From the NCBI GenBank assembly GCA_963422375.2, contig CAXXKD010000001.1, forward strand, positions 192,001-256,000: a stretch of 64,000 bases of DNA, given 5' to 3'. A model generated the notes under the pieces. That model ran no database searches, had not been told where the DNA came from, and saw only the letters and a list, made by a program, of their open reading frames with translations. Shown one piece after another: positions 50,879 to 60,409 of this stretch; position 1 is the stretch's first letter, and every line of letters begins with the position of its first letter. A program made the translations under genes and the position numbers. Source of the stretch: Bryobacterales bacterium. GTDB taxonomy: Bacteria; Acidobacteriota; Terriglobia; Bryobacterales; UBA6623.

Positions 50879-51361
50879 CTACCCGTCCCCGCGCTTGCGC
50901 ATCTGCTGCGCTAGGTACAGCCCGAGCCCGGTGTCTTGGATGACTTGCATCTGCGACTCGAGCCAGTCGATGCGGTCCTCTTCCTTGGCCAGGATGCTCT
51001 CGATCAGCTCCCTCGACGCGTCATCGTCCGAGGAGACGCAGACTTCGATGCCGGCGTTGGCGCATTCCGCCGTCTCTTTCGACAGCACGCAGTCGTTGGA
51101 ATGCATGTTGGCCACGTCCGCCCCGATGCGCAGGGCGTAGGTGTCACGCAGGTTCGGTATCGCCTCGAGGAACAGGATCCGGTCGATGAGCTGCTCGGCG
51201 AATACCATGCTGGCGATCGAATCCTTCCGGATTCGCCGCGCGACTTCCTCGTACCCCCAGTCGAGGCACATGCGCGCGTGGAGGAACGACTGATTGATCG
51301 CGGTGAGCTCGAACTTGAGTAGCTGCCGGAGAGAGGCGATGACCTCGGGATGACCCTTCAT
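50879..51361 (-). CDS. bfr: Bacterioferritin-like subunit lacking the ferroxidase centre
   Basis: MKG..ELTAINQ.FLHARM..WG..IDRILFLE..PN..IG..EE..IDWLE.Q; M52 retained. Confidence 0.88.
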   Translation of the reverse strand: MKGHPEVIASLRQLLKFELTAINQSFLHARMCLDWGYEEVARRIRKDSIASMVFAEQLIDRILFLEAIPNLRDTYALRIGADVANMHSNDCVLSKETAECANAGIEVCVSSDDDASRELIESILAKEEDRIDWLESQMQVIQDTGLGLYLAQQMRKRGDG

Positions 51362-51471
51362 GGTTGCGTGAGTCCCCTATGCGCTGGGCGGTCGTGCCGA
51401 CGCGCAGAGGACGCTTGAATCATAGCCGATGGCGCATGGCACGGATTCTGCGCTCCGGATTCCGGATGGCA

Positions 51472-51500
51472 AAGAGAACGGGCGCCCCGAAGGGCGCCCG
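51472..51500 (-). terminator. Intrinsic terminator downstream of the TonB receptor
   Basis: Minus strand CGGGCGCCC-TTCG-GGGCGCCCG followed by TTCTCTTT. Confidence 0.8.
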
Positions 51501-51526
51501 CGGCCACAGCGCGAGGCTCGAGCGCC

Positions 51527-54500
51527 TCAGAAGATCCACTTCAAGCCGAACTGAATCCGCCTTGGCTCGGATGCCGTGGTGATCCTGCCGGCCGCAGGGC
51601 GGCCGATCGAGGTGTTCGGCCGTCCGAATGTCGGGGTGTTCGTGAAATTGAACGCTTCGAAGCGGAACTGGATGTAGTCGCCCTCCCAGGGCAGCGTGAA
51701 CCTGCGCGACAGCGAGAAGTCGATCGCAACGGTCCCCGGGCCCCAGATGAGGTTTCGCCCGGCGTTATCGAGAATGGCGGACTGGCCCGGTCCGATCGCG
51801 TCGGTGTTGAACCAGCGGTCGATTGTCCGCTGTCCCGCCGGCAGGTTGATGACGCCGATGACGTCCCCTCGGTTCGCCCCGCCGACATTGGTCGTGTCTT
51901 GATTGAACGTATGGCTGTCCGGAGTGCCGCCGAGCAGGTTGATGATGCCGCCGACCTGCCAGCCGCCAAGGATCCAAGCCCCCGGGCCCGAGTTCACCAT
52001 GTTCTTGCCGGGGCCGAACGGGAGCTCGTAAATCACGCTCGTCACGTAGGCGACCCGCCGGTCGAGCGAGGCGTTCCCGCGCTCAATCCCTTGGTTGTAG
52101 GTGAAGCGCTGCTGCGAGCTTGTGCCCGTCGTGAGGTTCTCGTTGACCACGTCGATGTTATGCGCCCACGTGAAGGAGCTCAGGAAAGTGAATCCTCCGG
52201 TGAAGCGCTTCTCGGCCTTGACCGTGAGCGAGTTGTAGTTCTGGTTGAGGAAGTTCACTCCTCGCAAGCCGACGGAATTGAAGAAGGGCCTGATCTTGCG
52301 ATCCTGCCATCGGACGGTCGGGTGCGGCGTCAGGGGCCGGTTGATATTGATTGAACCGTGGATTTGGGATGTCGACGACCCGTTGTACCCGACGGTCAGC
52401 AGGGTGTCGCCGGGCAGCTCGCGCTGGAGATCCAAGAACCACTGCGCGGCGTAGAAGCTCGGCCAGACGCCCTCCGTCTTGATGTTGACATTCAACCCAG
52501 CTCGCGGCAGCCCGGCTCTCGTGGAAGGCGGGAATCCGTTTTTCGTCAGGAATGTGCTGATGTCGCGGGGCTGCGCGTTGTCAAACTCGTTCGACTGCGG
52601 CGCCCCGGTGTTGAAGCGCGCAGCTTCTCCCCCGGTGTTGTCGTGCTCGCCGTAGAACATGCCGATTCCCGCGCGGAGCACCGTCTCGTTGTTCGCGCGG
52701 TACGCAATTCCGATCCGCGGGGCGAAGTTGTTGAGGTCGTTCTTGCAAGCGCAGTCGGAGCCGTCCGCTGGAGTCCGGAAGTGGGGTAGGTAGTCCGCCT
52801 CGCCCCAGCCTCCCTGCTTGACGGATATGCGCTCGCCCGGATCCACGGGGCGTCCGTTGACTTCGCCGAGAAAACGCACGACGGTGCTGTTGAGTGTGTG
52901 CGACTGCGGGTCGGGAAACGTGGGCGTGAAAAAGACCTCGTATCGTAGGCCGAGGTTCACTGTCACCTTCGGGGTGAGCTTCCAGTCGTCCTGCACGAAC
53001 ACGCCCCAATACGGGATGACTTGCTCCTCGCCGTTCGGCCAGCCCCACCGGCCGTTTTGGTTCCAACCGAGCAGTCCGTCCGCGAGGCCGTTTCCTGTCG
53101 CACCGCGACTCGCGGCGCTGTTGGGTTCCTCGGTCGTGTAAACCCCGGTGTACTGGAACCGGCCCCTCCGGAATCGGGAGGGGGACCGCGGAATCTGGGT
53201 GCGACGGTATTCCCCTCCGATCTTGATCGTGTGGCTGCCCCTGACCCACGTGAAGTTGTCGGAGATCATCAGATTGTCCATCTTGTTGACATTGGGCCAG
53301 AATGCGCGTGGGCCCACGGACTGAAAGCCCCCCACGAGCGAAAGCGCGTACCCGTGGTTCAAGCCGTCGTCGATCGAATCGCCGGGTGCGCCGAGGACGC
53401 CGAACTTTGCGTTCATGGGTTCCGTGAACGGGATGTCGAAGCGGGTCGGGAAGAATGTGTACCCGAAGCGCAGCTCGTTGAACATGGTCGGGCCAAGCGT
53501 CGAGTGGAGGGCCGAGGCCCAGTTCTGGCTGGGCAGGTCAATCGTCTGACCGTTTCCGCCGTTGGCGGGGAGAGGGAGGTTCCCGTTCTGGAGCACGAAC
53601 TCGTCGCGGATGGAGTAGCGAGCAAACCAGTTGTTGCTGTTGTTGACGTTCCAGTCGAACCGCATGTCGTACTGGTTGTGGTCGATAGTGTCCGCAGGCG
53701 AATGGAAGAAGTTGTTTCTGAGGTTCTCGCGGCCTGGGATGTTCGGAGCGGGGTAGTTGCTCAGCAGCGCCGACGCCACGGGGTCGAAGCGGTCGGACGG
53801 AATCCGGAAGTTTGGAAAGGCCGAGCGCACCCCGTTCTCGATCGTGAGCGGGTCGTAAATCTTGCGGTCTGGGTCAGGCTGCTCGGAGAAGTCGCCGCCC
53901 AGGGCTGCCCGGCTCGGCACCGAGGACGTGAAGCTCTGCCCGGCGCGGTCCTTGGTGCCTTGGAAGCTGAAGAACCCGAACAGCGTGTTCCGCACGATCG
54001 GCCCGCCGAAGGTGCCGCCGTACTGGTTGCGGCGCAGGGTCGGCTTGTCGGCCCCGACCCTGTTCGCAAAGAAATTCGTACCGTCAAGCTTGTCGTTGCG
54101 GAGGAACTCGTACAGGGACCCGTGGAAGTCGTTGGTTCCGGACTTGGTGCTCACGAGGACCTTGGCGCCCATGCGGTAGCCGTACTCGGCCGACATGTTG
54201 TTGGTGACGACCTTGAACTCGCCCACGGCGTCGACGGACGGCTTGGTCGCTTGCGCCTGGAATCCCAACGCACCGCCCGAGTTGCGCGACGAATTGTCCG
54301 CCCCGTCCAGCAGCACGTTGGTTTGCGCGGCGTGCATGCCCACGGCGAGGATGCCGCCCTCGCCCCCGCGCACGCCGTCGTGGCGGGTGCCCTTGCCCAT
54401 TTCGCGGGACGGCAGCACGCCGACGGAGAATTTTGCGAGCTCGAGGTAGTTCCGACCGTTCAGCGGCATCTCGAGGATGCGTTTGGAGTCGATCACTTGC

Positions 54501-54892
54501 CCGACTTCCGTCTTCTCGGACTGGATGAGGATGGCCGCGGCATTGACCTCCACTGTCTCCGTGATCGAGCCCACTGACATCGTGCAGTCGATGCGCATGG
54601 TTTGCTGCACCTCGAGGCGCACCTCGGGATACTCTTGGCTCGAGAAGCCCTCGGAGGAGCAGGTGACCGAGTACAGGCCTTGGTTCAGGCCGGGCACGGT
54701 GTAGTAGCCCACCTCGTTGGTGGACACCGAGCTCTCGACGCCCGTCTCGACGCCCACCACTAGGATCTGTGCTCCGGGTATGACCGCTCCAGTGTCGTCG
54801 GTGACCGTTCCTTGGATCGTCCCGGTCGTCTGGGCGAGCGCCGAGGTCGTCAGCAGCAGGCCCGCTGCGAGCAGGCGAAGCGAATTCTTCAC
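51527..54892 (-). CDS. TonB-dependent receptor with N-terminal carboxypeptidase-regulatory-like domain
   Basis: GTG start and signal; GTIQGTVTD, PLNGRNY, TKSGTN.FHGS, NNFAPRIG, ends QFGLKWIF. Confidence 0.95.
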   Translation of the reverse strand: MKNSLRLLAAGLLLTTSALAQTTGTIQGTVTDDTGAVIPGAQILVVGVETGVESSVSTNEVGYYTVPGLNQGLYSVTCSSEGFSSQEYPEVRLEVQQTMRIDCTMSVGSITETVEVNAAAILIQSEKTEVGQVIDSKRILEMPLNGRNYLELAKFSVGVLPSREMGKGTRHDGVRGGEGGILAVGMHAAQTNVLLDGADNSSRNSGGALGFQAQATKPSVDAVGEFKVVTNNMSAEYGYRMGAKVLVSTKSGTNDFHGSLYEFLRNDKLDGTNFFANRVGADKPTLRRNQYGGTFGGPIVRNTLFGFFSFQGTKDRAGQSFTSSVPSRAALGGDFSEQPDPDRKIYDPLTIENGVRSAFPNFRIPSDRFDPVASALLSNYPAPNIPGRENLRNNFFHSPADTIDHNQYDMRFDWNVNNSNNWFARYSIRDEFVLQNGNLPLPANGGNGQTIDLPSQNWASALHSTLGPTMFNELRFGYTFFPTRFDIPFTEPMNAKFGVLGAPGDSIDDGLNHGYALSLVGGFQSVGPRAFWPNVNKMDNLMISDNFTWVRGSHTIKIGGEYRRTQIPRSPSRFRRGRFQYTGVYTTEEPNSAASRGATGNGLADGLLGWNQNGRWGWPNGEEQVIPYWGVFVQDDWKLTPKVTVNLGLRYEVFFTPTFPDPQSHTLNSTVVRFLGEVNGRPVDPGERISVKQGGWGEADYLPHFRTPADGSDCACKNDLNNFAPRIGIAYRANNETVLRAGIGMFYGEHDNTGGEAARFNTGAPQSNEFDNAQPRDISTFLTKNGFPPSTRAGLPRAGLNVNIKTEGVWPSFYAAQWFLDLQRELPGDTLLTVGYNGSSTSQIHGSININRPLTPHPTVRWQDRKIRPFFNSVGLRGVNFLNQNYNSLTVKAEKRFTGGFTFLSSFTWAHNIDVVNENLTTGTSSQQRFTYNQGIERGNASLDRRVAYVTSVIYELPFGPGKNMVNSGPGAWILGGWQVGGIINLLGGTPDSHTFNQDTTNVGGANRGDVIGVINLPAGQRTIDRWFNTDAIGPGQSAILDNAGRNLIWGPGTVAIDFSLSRRFTLPWEGDYIQFRFEAFNFTNTPTFGRPNTSIGRPAAGRITTASEPRRIQFGLKWIF

Positions 54893-55418
54893 GTGTGAAT
54901 TCCCCCTCAATCTGATGCGGGCGCGGCCCCCACGGCCCAAGTCCCCGCATGGCCCGACATTGTACCACCTCGTGTCGGGAAGCGCCTGCGCCGCCTTGGA
55001 AGCCACTCGGCGGAGAGCCCCACAGCCGGGTGCGTCGGCGCCGCGACCCGGCCGGTGTCTGGCTGGGCGTGGCGCGGCCGCGACGCAGACGGACATCCTG
55101 CTGGTCTGCTGCCGCTTGCTCCAACCGGCTTCGCAGCGCTCGACGTTGGAGTGTCCGGTACTGTCGTGGTCGGCACCCGTGACGGAATCGCCGGAAGGCT
55201 ATCGCGGGTGCTGCCAGCCTCCCACCCGGCCCGTTGCCGACCCCTGAGATAATTTCCCAAGAAGTTAGGGACTTGGTACGCTGAGCTCCGCACGACCCGG
55301 CGCGTGAGGGCGTGAAGCGACTGGGCGAGCTGCCCTCGATCGGCGGCGCCGCAGGCGCTAGCGGGGCCCCCCTCTTGGTCGGAGAATCGGACTCGGCATA
55401 GCCGAGTTGGCCGGCAAG

Positions 55419-56327
55419 CTACGGCCAGTCAGTGCCCTGTAGGCGTCGGCGAATCGGATCGTAGGGATCGCTAGGGCCCTTGGAGGGATCCACGAAGCGC
55501 GCTAGGTCGCGCATGGCGACCACTGTACAGCCTTGTTCTTTCAGGTATTCCAAGTAACGGACGAAGTCGCCAGGCTCCGTGTGAACCCAAGGGTGCTCCG
55601 CGGCCGGCACGCCGTGAAACGTCAGGACGGCGATCTTGCCGTCCCGCGCCTGCTGGATCGCCCACACAAGGTCGTCGAAAGACCATTCCGGCCCGGCATA
55701 GCCGGTTGTCGGGATGAGGAGGGGGTGATCCTCGCTCGGATCGTAGGGTCGCCCGCGGGCGCCCTGCCCGCCGTCGGGATGCTCGGGGCTCACGCCCCGC
55801 CGCGCGAAGATGTAGCTCTTCTCGGCCAGGACCTCCACCACGGGCAGGCTGTGGCGCCATCCCGGATAGACAAACGTTGTCGGCCTCGGGATTCCGTGCT
55901 CATCGCAGCGTCGCTCAATGTGCTCGATGTTCGAACGGATTTCCTCTCGCGACAGCTCGGTCATGTTCGGGTGAGAGCCCGTATGGTTGCCTACCTCGAA
56001 GCCGAGCTCGTGCAGTTGCCTAACGTCGTCCCACGATACATAGCGTTCGTTGTTCGCATCCGCTGCGTAGCCGAGTCCTTCGGTGATGTAGAAGGACGCG
56101 CCGAATCCGTACTCCAGCAGCTTTGGCGCGACGACAGAAATATCCGACTTGTTGCCATCGTCGAACGTCAGCACGACCAAGCCATCGGGAATCGGTTCCA
56201 AGGCTCCTTGCGGGGGAGCCTCGCAGGCTGCAATACCCGCCATTAGCGCCGCGACCGGAAGGGCGAGGCTCAACCGCGGCCTCGACGCCCGTCGATTGGC
56301 CGTACACGGCGTGCGCGTGACTGTCAC
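55419..56327 (-). CDS. Polysaccharide deacetylase (CE4/NodB-like) lipoprotein
   Basis: IAAC lipobox; LTFDDG, GNHTGSH, FVYP, LTFHG; start uncertain. Confidence 0.85.
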   Translation of the reverse strand: MTVTRTPCTANRRASRPRLSLALPVAALMAGIAACEAPPQGALEPIPDGLVVLTFDDGNKSDISVVAPKLLEYGFGASFYITEGLGYAADANNERYVSWDDVRQLHELGFEVGNHTGSHPNMTELSREEIRSNIEHIERRCDEHGIPRPTTFVYPGWRHSLPVVEVLAEKSYIFARRGVSPEHPDGGQGARGRPYDPSEDHPLLIPTTGYAGPEWSFDDLVWAIQQARDGKIAVLTFHGVPAAEHPWVHTEPGDFVRYLEYLKEQGCTVVAMRDLARFVDPSKGPSDPYDPIRRRLQGTDWP

Positions 56328-56470
56328 GTGGGCATTGTACTCGGAACTATGCCAGCTGCTGCCTCGCGGCGAAGAGATCACGCAAGTGTTCGACAGGGCA
56401 GTCTGAGGTCGAGGACCGCAGCACGCGGTACATGAACAGGTGAATTGCGTCTGGAAGACGAACCGCCATG

Positions 56471-56512
56471 CCAGTGCCGTCATCCAGTGCCGTCATCCAG
56501 TGCCGTCATCCA
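56471..56512 (+). repeat. Tandem repeat, 3 x 13 bp plus partial copy
   Basis: CCAGTGCCGTCAT three times, then CCA. Confidence 0.95.
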
Positions 56513-56574
56513 ATCGCCAAGCGGAGACACGGTGTTCGGAGTGATGCGCCAGTGCCTGCTCGGGCGCATGTCGC

Positions 56575-58089
56575 GGAATTATATACCTGAGTGCTGAGGG
56601 AATCAAGTCGGCAAATTATCAAGCCATAATTAGATTTCATATTTCTTCCGATTTTCCGTTGAAATTCTGTGGTGTTTCTTGGTAGAATAGTTCCAGTATG
56701 AGATACCGTAAATGAAGAAACAAGTCCCCGGAAAGTGGTTCCGTAAAGGCATCACATTGATCGAAGTGATCGCCATGTTCCCCAATGACGAATCCGCGGA
56801 AAGATGGTTCGCTGCCATGCGCTGGCCGGACGGCCCCGCGTGCCCCCACTGCCGCGGCTCCAGCGTGCAGTCCGGCGCGGCCCACCCTTCGATGCCGTAC
56901 CGTTGCCGCGGCTGCGGCAAGCGCTTTTCGGTGCGCACCGGCAGCGTGACGGCCGACACCAAGCTCGGCTACCGCACCCGGGCCGTCGCCCTGTTCCTGC
57001 CGACCACCGGCCTCAAGGGCGTCTCGAGCATGAAGCTGCACCGCGACCTAGGCGTCAGCCGCAAGTCGGCCTGGCACCTGGCGCACCGCATCCGCGCGTG
57101 CCGGGAGCGGGATCAGGGCCCGTTCGCCGGCCCGGCGGAGGTGGACGAGACCTACGTCGGCGGCAAGGAACGCAACCAGCACGAGAGCAAGAAGGCCCGT
57201 GCCGGGCGCGGGCCCGTCGGCAAGACCCCGGTGGCGGGGGCGCGGGACCGCGCCACGAACGCAGCGGCCGCGCGGCCGCTGCCGGGCACCGCCAAGGGCG
57301 ACCTGCAGGGCTTCGCGCGCGCCCGCGTCGCGCCGGGGGCGCAGGTCTGCTCCGACGAGGCGGCGGCCTGCGCCGGCATGGCGGAGTTCCCGCACGAAGC
57401 CGTCAGGCACTCCGGCGCTCCGGCGGCGAGTACGTGCGCGGGGCAGCGCATGCGAACGGCATCGAATCGTTTTGGTCTCTGTTCAAGCGCGGCCTGTACG
57501 GAACCTATCACCGGATGAGCGTCCTTCATCGCGGCCGCTACCTCACGGAGTTCGCGGGACGGCGCAACGACCGCGACTGCGACACGGCGGAACAGATACG
57601 GCGCATGGCGCGGGGCTTGGTCGGCCGGACGCTGACCTGCCGGCAGCTGACCGGCAAGGCCGCGGTCGCGGCCTGAGCGGCGCCCGCCGCGCTGAGCGCG
57701 GCAGCCCGCTGCGGGCGCGCGCTTCACGCTCGGTACGAGGGGCGCAGCGGATCCGGAATGCCCCGGTGCGACCCCGGTCCGGCCCGGACCGTCCATGCAG
57801 GCCGTCGAGCGCCGGGGATCCGCTGTCTTCGGCCCTCGCAGGGCCTGCAAGCGGCTTGCAAGGGGTGCCCTGCCACCGCCAACCGGGTTCCACCGGGGCA
57901 GGCGAGGCGGCCTCTCTAGTCCCTTCCTCGTCCAATCCGCTGGCAGGCTCGATTCAGATACGATCCCACCCCCCATCCCTCTGTGCCCGCCGCGGCCGCA
58001 CTCGAATGACCCCAGCTCGACACCCACCTCCCTGCTCACAGCAGTTCTAGTCGGACATGGCGTTGTCGGCACTCAGATATATAATTCCC
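56575..58089 (+). mobile_element. IS1595-family element copy 2 with both IRs
   Basis: Left GGAATTATATACCTGAGTGCTGA; right TCGGCACTCAGATATATAATTCCC; no TSD seen. Confidence 0.92.
56712..57676 (+). pseudogene. IS1595 transposase frameshifted by an 8-nt duplication
   Basis: CTCCGGCG duplicated at 57410-57425; C-terminus NGIESFWSLFKR..KAAVAA in another frame. Confidence 0.92.
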
Positions 58090-58096
58090 ATATATA

Positions 58097-58351
58097 GTGC
58101 CCGTGGAAAAACTCGTATCCCCTTGACAAAAAAGGCGTTAGGTCCAATCTCTCAAGGCGAAGATTTCGCTGGAATGCTACGACTAATCCGAAATCCTGGC
58201 GATTCTGGGTAGAGCGCGGAAATCTTCGCGATTGGCGTCTGAGCAACTTCCGACCTTGGGCCCTATATGTTGTGCTTGGAGATCCATCCGACATCAGGAT
58301 GTAGTATGAAATGCTGATCGGGCCAGAATTCGGGGGTTTTGTCACAAGCAC
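58097..58351 (+). mobile_element. 255-bp MITE related to the ISNCY element
   Basis: Ends GTGCCCGTGGAAAAAC / GTTTTGTCACAAGCAC; TATATA TSD at 58091-58096 and 58352-58357. Confidence 0.88.
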
Positions 58352-58365
58352 TATATAATTCCCTT

Positions 58366-59405
58366 CCTAATTACCAACGAAAGTCAGGCGAGGATATGCT
58401 ATACTGGAGGAGGTCGGAAATCTCTGCTAGGAAAGGGGATAGCAGATGAAACGCAATCGCGTGCAATGCCAGAAGGGACTCAGCCTGGGCAAGTTCCTGC
58501 AGCGCTACGGCAGCGAGGGGCCATGCGAGCAGGCCGTCTTCAACGCCCGCTGGCCGGACGGCTTCCGCTGCCCGGAGTGCGGCGCCCGACGGCACTGCCG
58601 CATCCGCTCGCGCAAGCTCTGGCAGTGCCATGCCTGCCACCGCCGGACCTCCCTGGTCGCCGGCACGATCTTCGCCGCCACCCAGCTGCCGCTGACCGTC
58701 CGGTTGCTGGCGATCCACCTGCTGACGCAGGGCCAGCACGGCGTTTCGTCGCTGGAACTGGCGCGGCAGCTGGGGGTCAGCCGGAACACGGCTTGGAAGA
58801 TGAAGCACAAGCTCTTGCAAGTGATGAAGGAGAGCGACGAGCGCGTGCCGCTGGGCGGCATCGTGCAGGTGGACGACGCCTACTGGGGCGGGGAGCGGAC
58901 CGGCGGCAAGCGCGGGCGCGGCGCGCAAGACGCCGTTCGTCGCCGCCGTGCAGGTCGCCGCCGACGGCAAGCCGGCAAGGATGCGCATGAGCAGCGTGGC
59001 CAGTATGGCGGGCTTGCACAAGAAGACGCTGGCAGCATGGGCCGGGCGGCACTTGCAGCCCGGCACGGAGGTGCATTCCGACGGCTTGGCCTGCTTCCGG
59101 GGCGTGGCCGACGCCGGCTGCGAGCACGTGCCGACCGTCACCGCAGGCGGGCAGCGGAGCTGCGGGGATTCCCGCTTCGTCCGGGTCAATTCTTCTGGGT
59201 CAACACGATGCTGGGGAACGTCAAGCAGTCCCTGGCGGGAACCTGCCATGCGCTCGACGGCAAGCACCTGCCGCGCTACCTCGCCGAGTTCTGCTACCGC
59301 TTCAACCGCCCCTACGATCTGCAGGTGCTGGTCCCACGCCTCCGTGCGCACCCCGCCCATGCCTTACCGCCTCCTAACCTTGGCTGAGTCTTGTGGGTAA
59401 TCAGG
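58366..59405 (+). mobile_element. Second IS1595 lineage (ISSod11/ISXo2-like) with frameshifted transposase from ATG 58446
   Basis: Ends CCTAATTACCAACGA / TTGTGGGTAATCAGG; RWPDGFRCPEC, QVDDAY.GGE, then shifted KTPFVAAV..HSDG, back to WVNTMLGNVK..RYLAEFCYRFNR. Confidence 0.9.
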
Positions 59406-59448
59406 TACGGAGTTGGACGAGGTCGGCTTGCGCGGGCGTGCCGTGCGC

Positions 59449-60405
59449 CTAGTGACTGCGGTTCGAGAGCTCGCGAAACCGATCCATGGCGAGGGACGCG
59501 TGATCGTCCATGCCCATCCGTCGATAGACTCCGGCGAGGGAGTACTGGACCGCCGCGTTGGACGGTTCAAGCCCGGCCGCGGTCTCCAGCGCCCGGGCAG
59601 CCGCCTGCAGCTCGCCCGCCTTCAGGAGCACGATTCCTAGCTCGACGTGAGCCGGGACAACGCCGCGATTGATTCGTATGGCGGCTTCCAGCGGTTCCCT
59701 TGCGGCATCGACCCTGCCGAGATCGTGCAGCAAGCTCCCAAGGTGAAAGTGCGGCCAGGCGGACCGGACCGCGCGGTCCTCGTCCAGCGAGATGGCCCGG
59801 CGAAATGCGGATTCCGCGTCCCCGTGCCTTCCGAGTCCTTCGAGGCACTGACCTAGTAGATCGTATGCCTCCACTGCGCCGGGGTCTCTCTGCAGCGCCG
59901 GCCGCAGCACGTCGACTCCCTGTTGGAACCGCTGAGTGTCGTAGTGGATGCGGGCAAGGGCGAGGGCGTACGGGCTGTTGGAGGGTTCGATCTCGACGAG
60001 TCGCTCCAGCTCGGCCCGAGCCCAGTGGCTCCGCTCGACGCGGAGCATGGCCCCCGCCAGCAAGTGCCGAGCCTCGCTGTCCAGCGGCTCGATCCGGTCG
60101 GAGCGCTTGAGGGCCCGGGCGGCTAGGAAGTGGCGCCCGGCTTGGTAGTGCGCGATGCCCAGAGCGCGAAGCTTGGCGGCATTCCCTCGGTCTTCCTTCT
60201 CCGCTCGGAAGAGGATGGTCTCGGCCGTACTCCAGTCCTTCTCTCGGATGGCTTCTTCCAACGTTGCCGCCTCGGTCTCGCCGAGGCTGAGGCCTGCCAC
60301 TTCGATCACCAGCTGGCTGCTTGCGGGGATTCCCGCAAGCAGGAGCAAGCTGCCTGCCGACAGGCCCAGCCGGGCTGCGAGGAGTCGGTGTGATTGCGAC
60401 GGCAT
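59449..60405 (-). CDS. Secreted tetratricopeptide-repeat protein
   Basis: Signal-like N-terminus; serial TPR helices (AYDLLGQCLE, PHFHLGSLL, AHVELGIVL). Confidence 0.88.
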   Translation of the reverse strand: MPSQSHRLLAARLGLSAGSLLLLAGIPASSQLVIEVAGLSLGETEAATLEEAIREKDWSTAETILFRAEKEDRGNAAKLRALGIAHYQAGRHFLAARALKRSDRIEPLDSEARHLLAGAMLRVERSHWARAELERLVEIEPSNSPYALALARIHYDTQRFQQGVDVLRPALQRDPGAVEAYDLLGQCLEGLGRHGDAESAFRRAISLDEDRAVRSAWPHFHLGSLLHDLGRVDAAREPLEAAIRINRGVVPAHVELGIVLLKAGELQAAARALETAAGLEPSNAAVQYSLAGVYRRMGMDDHASLAMDRFRELSNRSH

Positions 60406-60409
60406 CCGC

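Noticed and set aside
4880..54577. Long antisense or off-frame ORFs (e.g. 4880-7054, 8630-11080, 34948-37119, 53021-54577)
   Set aside because: Shadow frames of real high-GC genes; low complexity with no motifs.
55232..55258. Another IS1595-like right end (..CTGAGATAATTTCCC)
   Set aside because: Needs gaps and several mismatches; too weak.
56471..56512. CRISPR array
   Set aside because: 13-bp direct tandem units without spacers; no cas genes in the window.
359..58090. A 57.7-kb composite transposon, since 359-383 is a perfect inverted match to 58066-58090
   Set aside because: No target-site duplication, and the interval holds housekeeping genes (pyrF, nrdR); two independent IS1595 insertions explain it.
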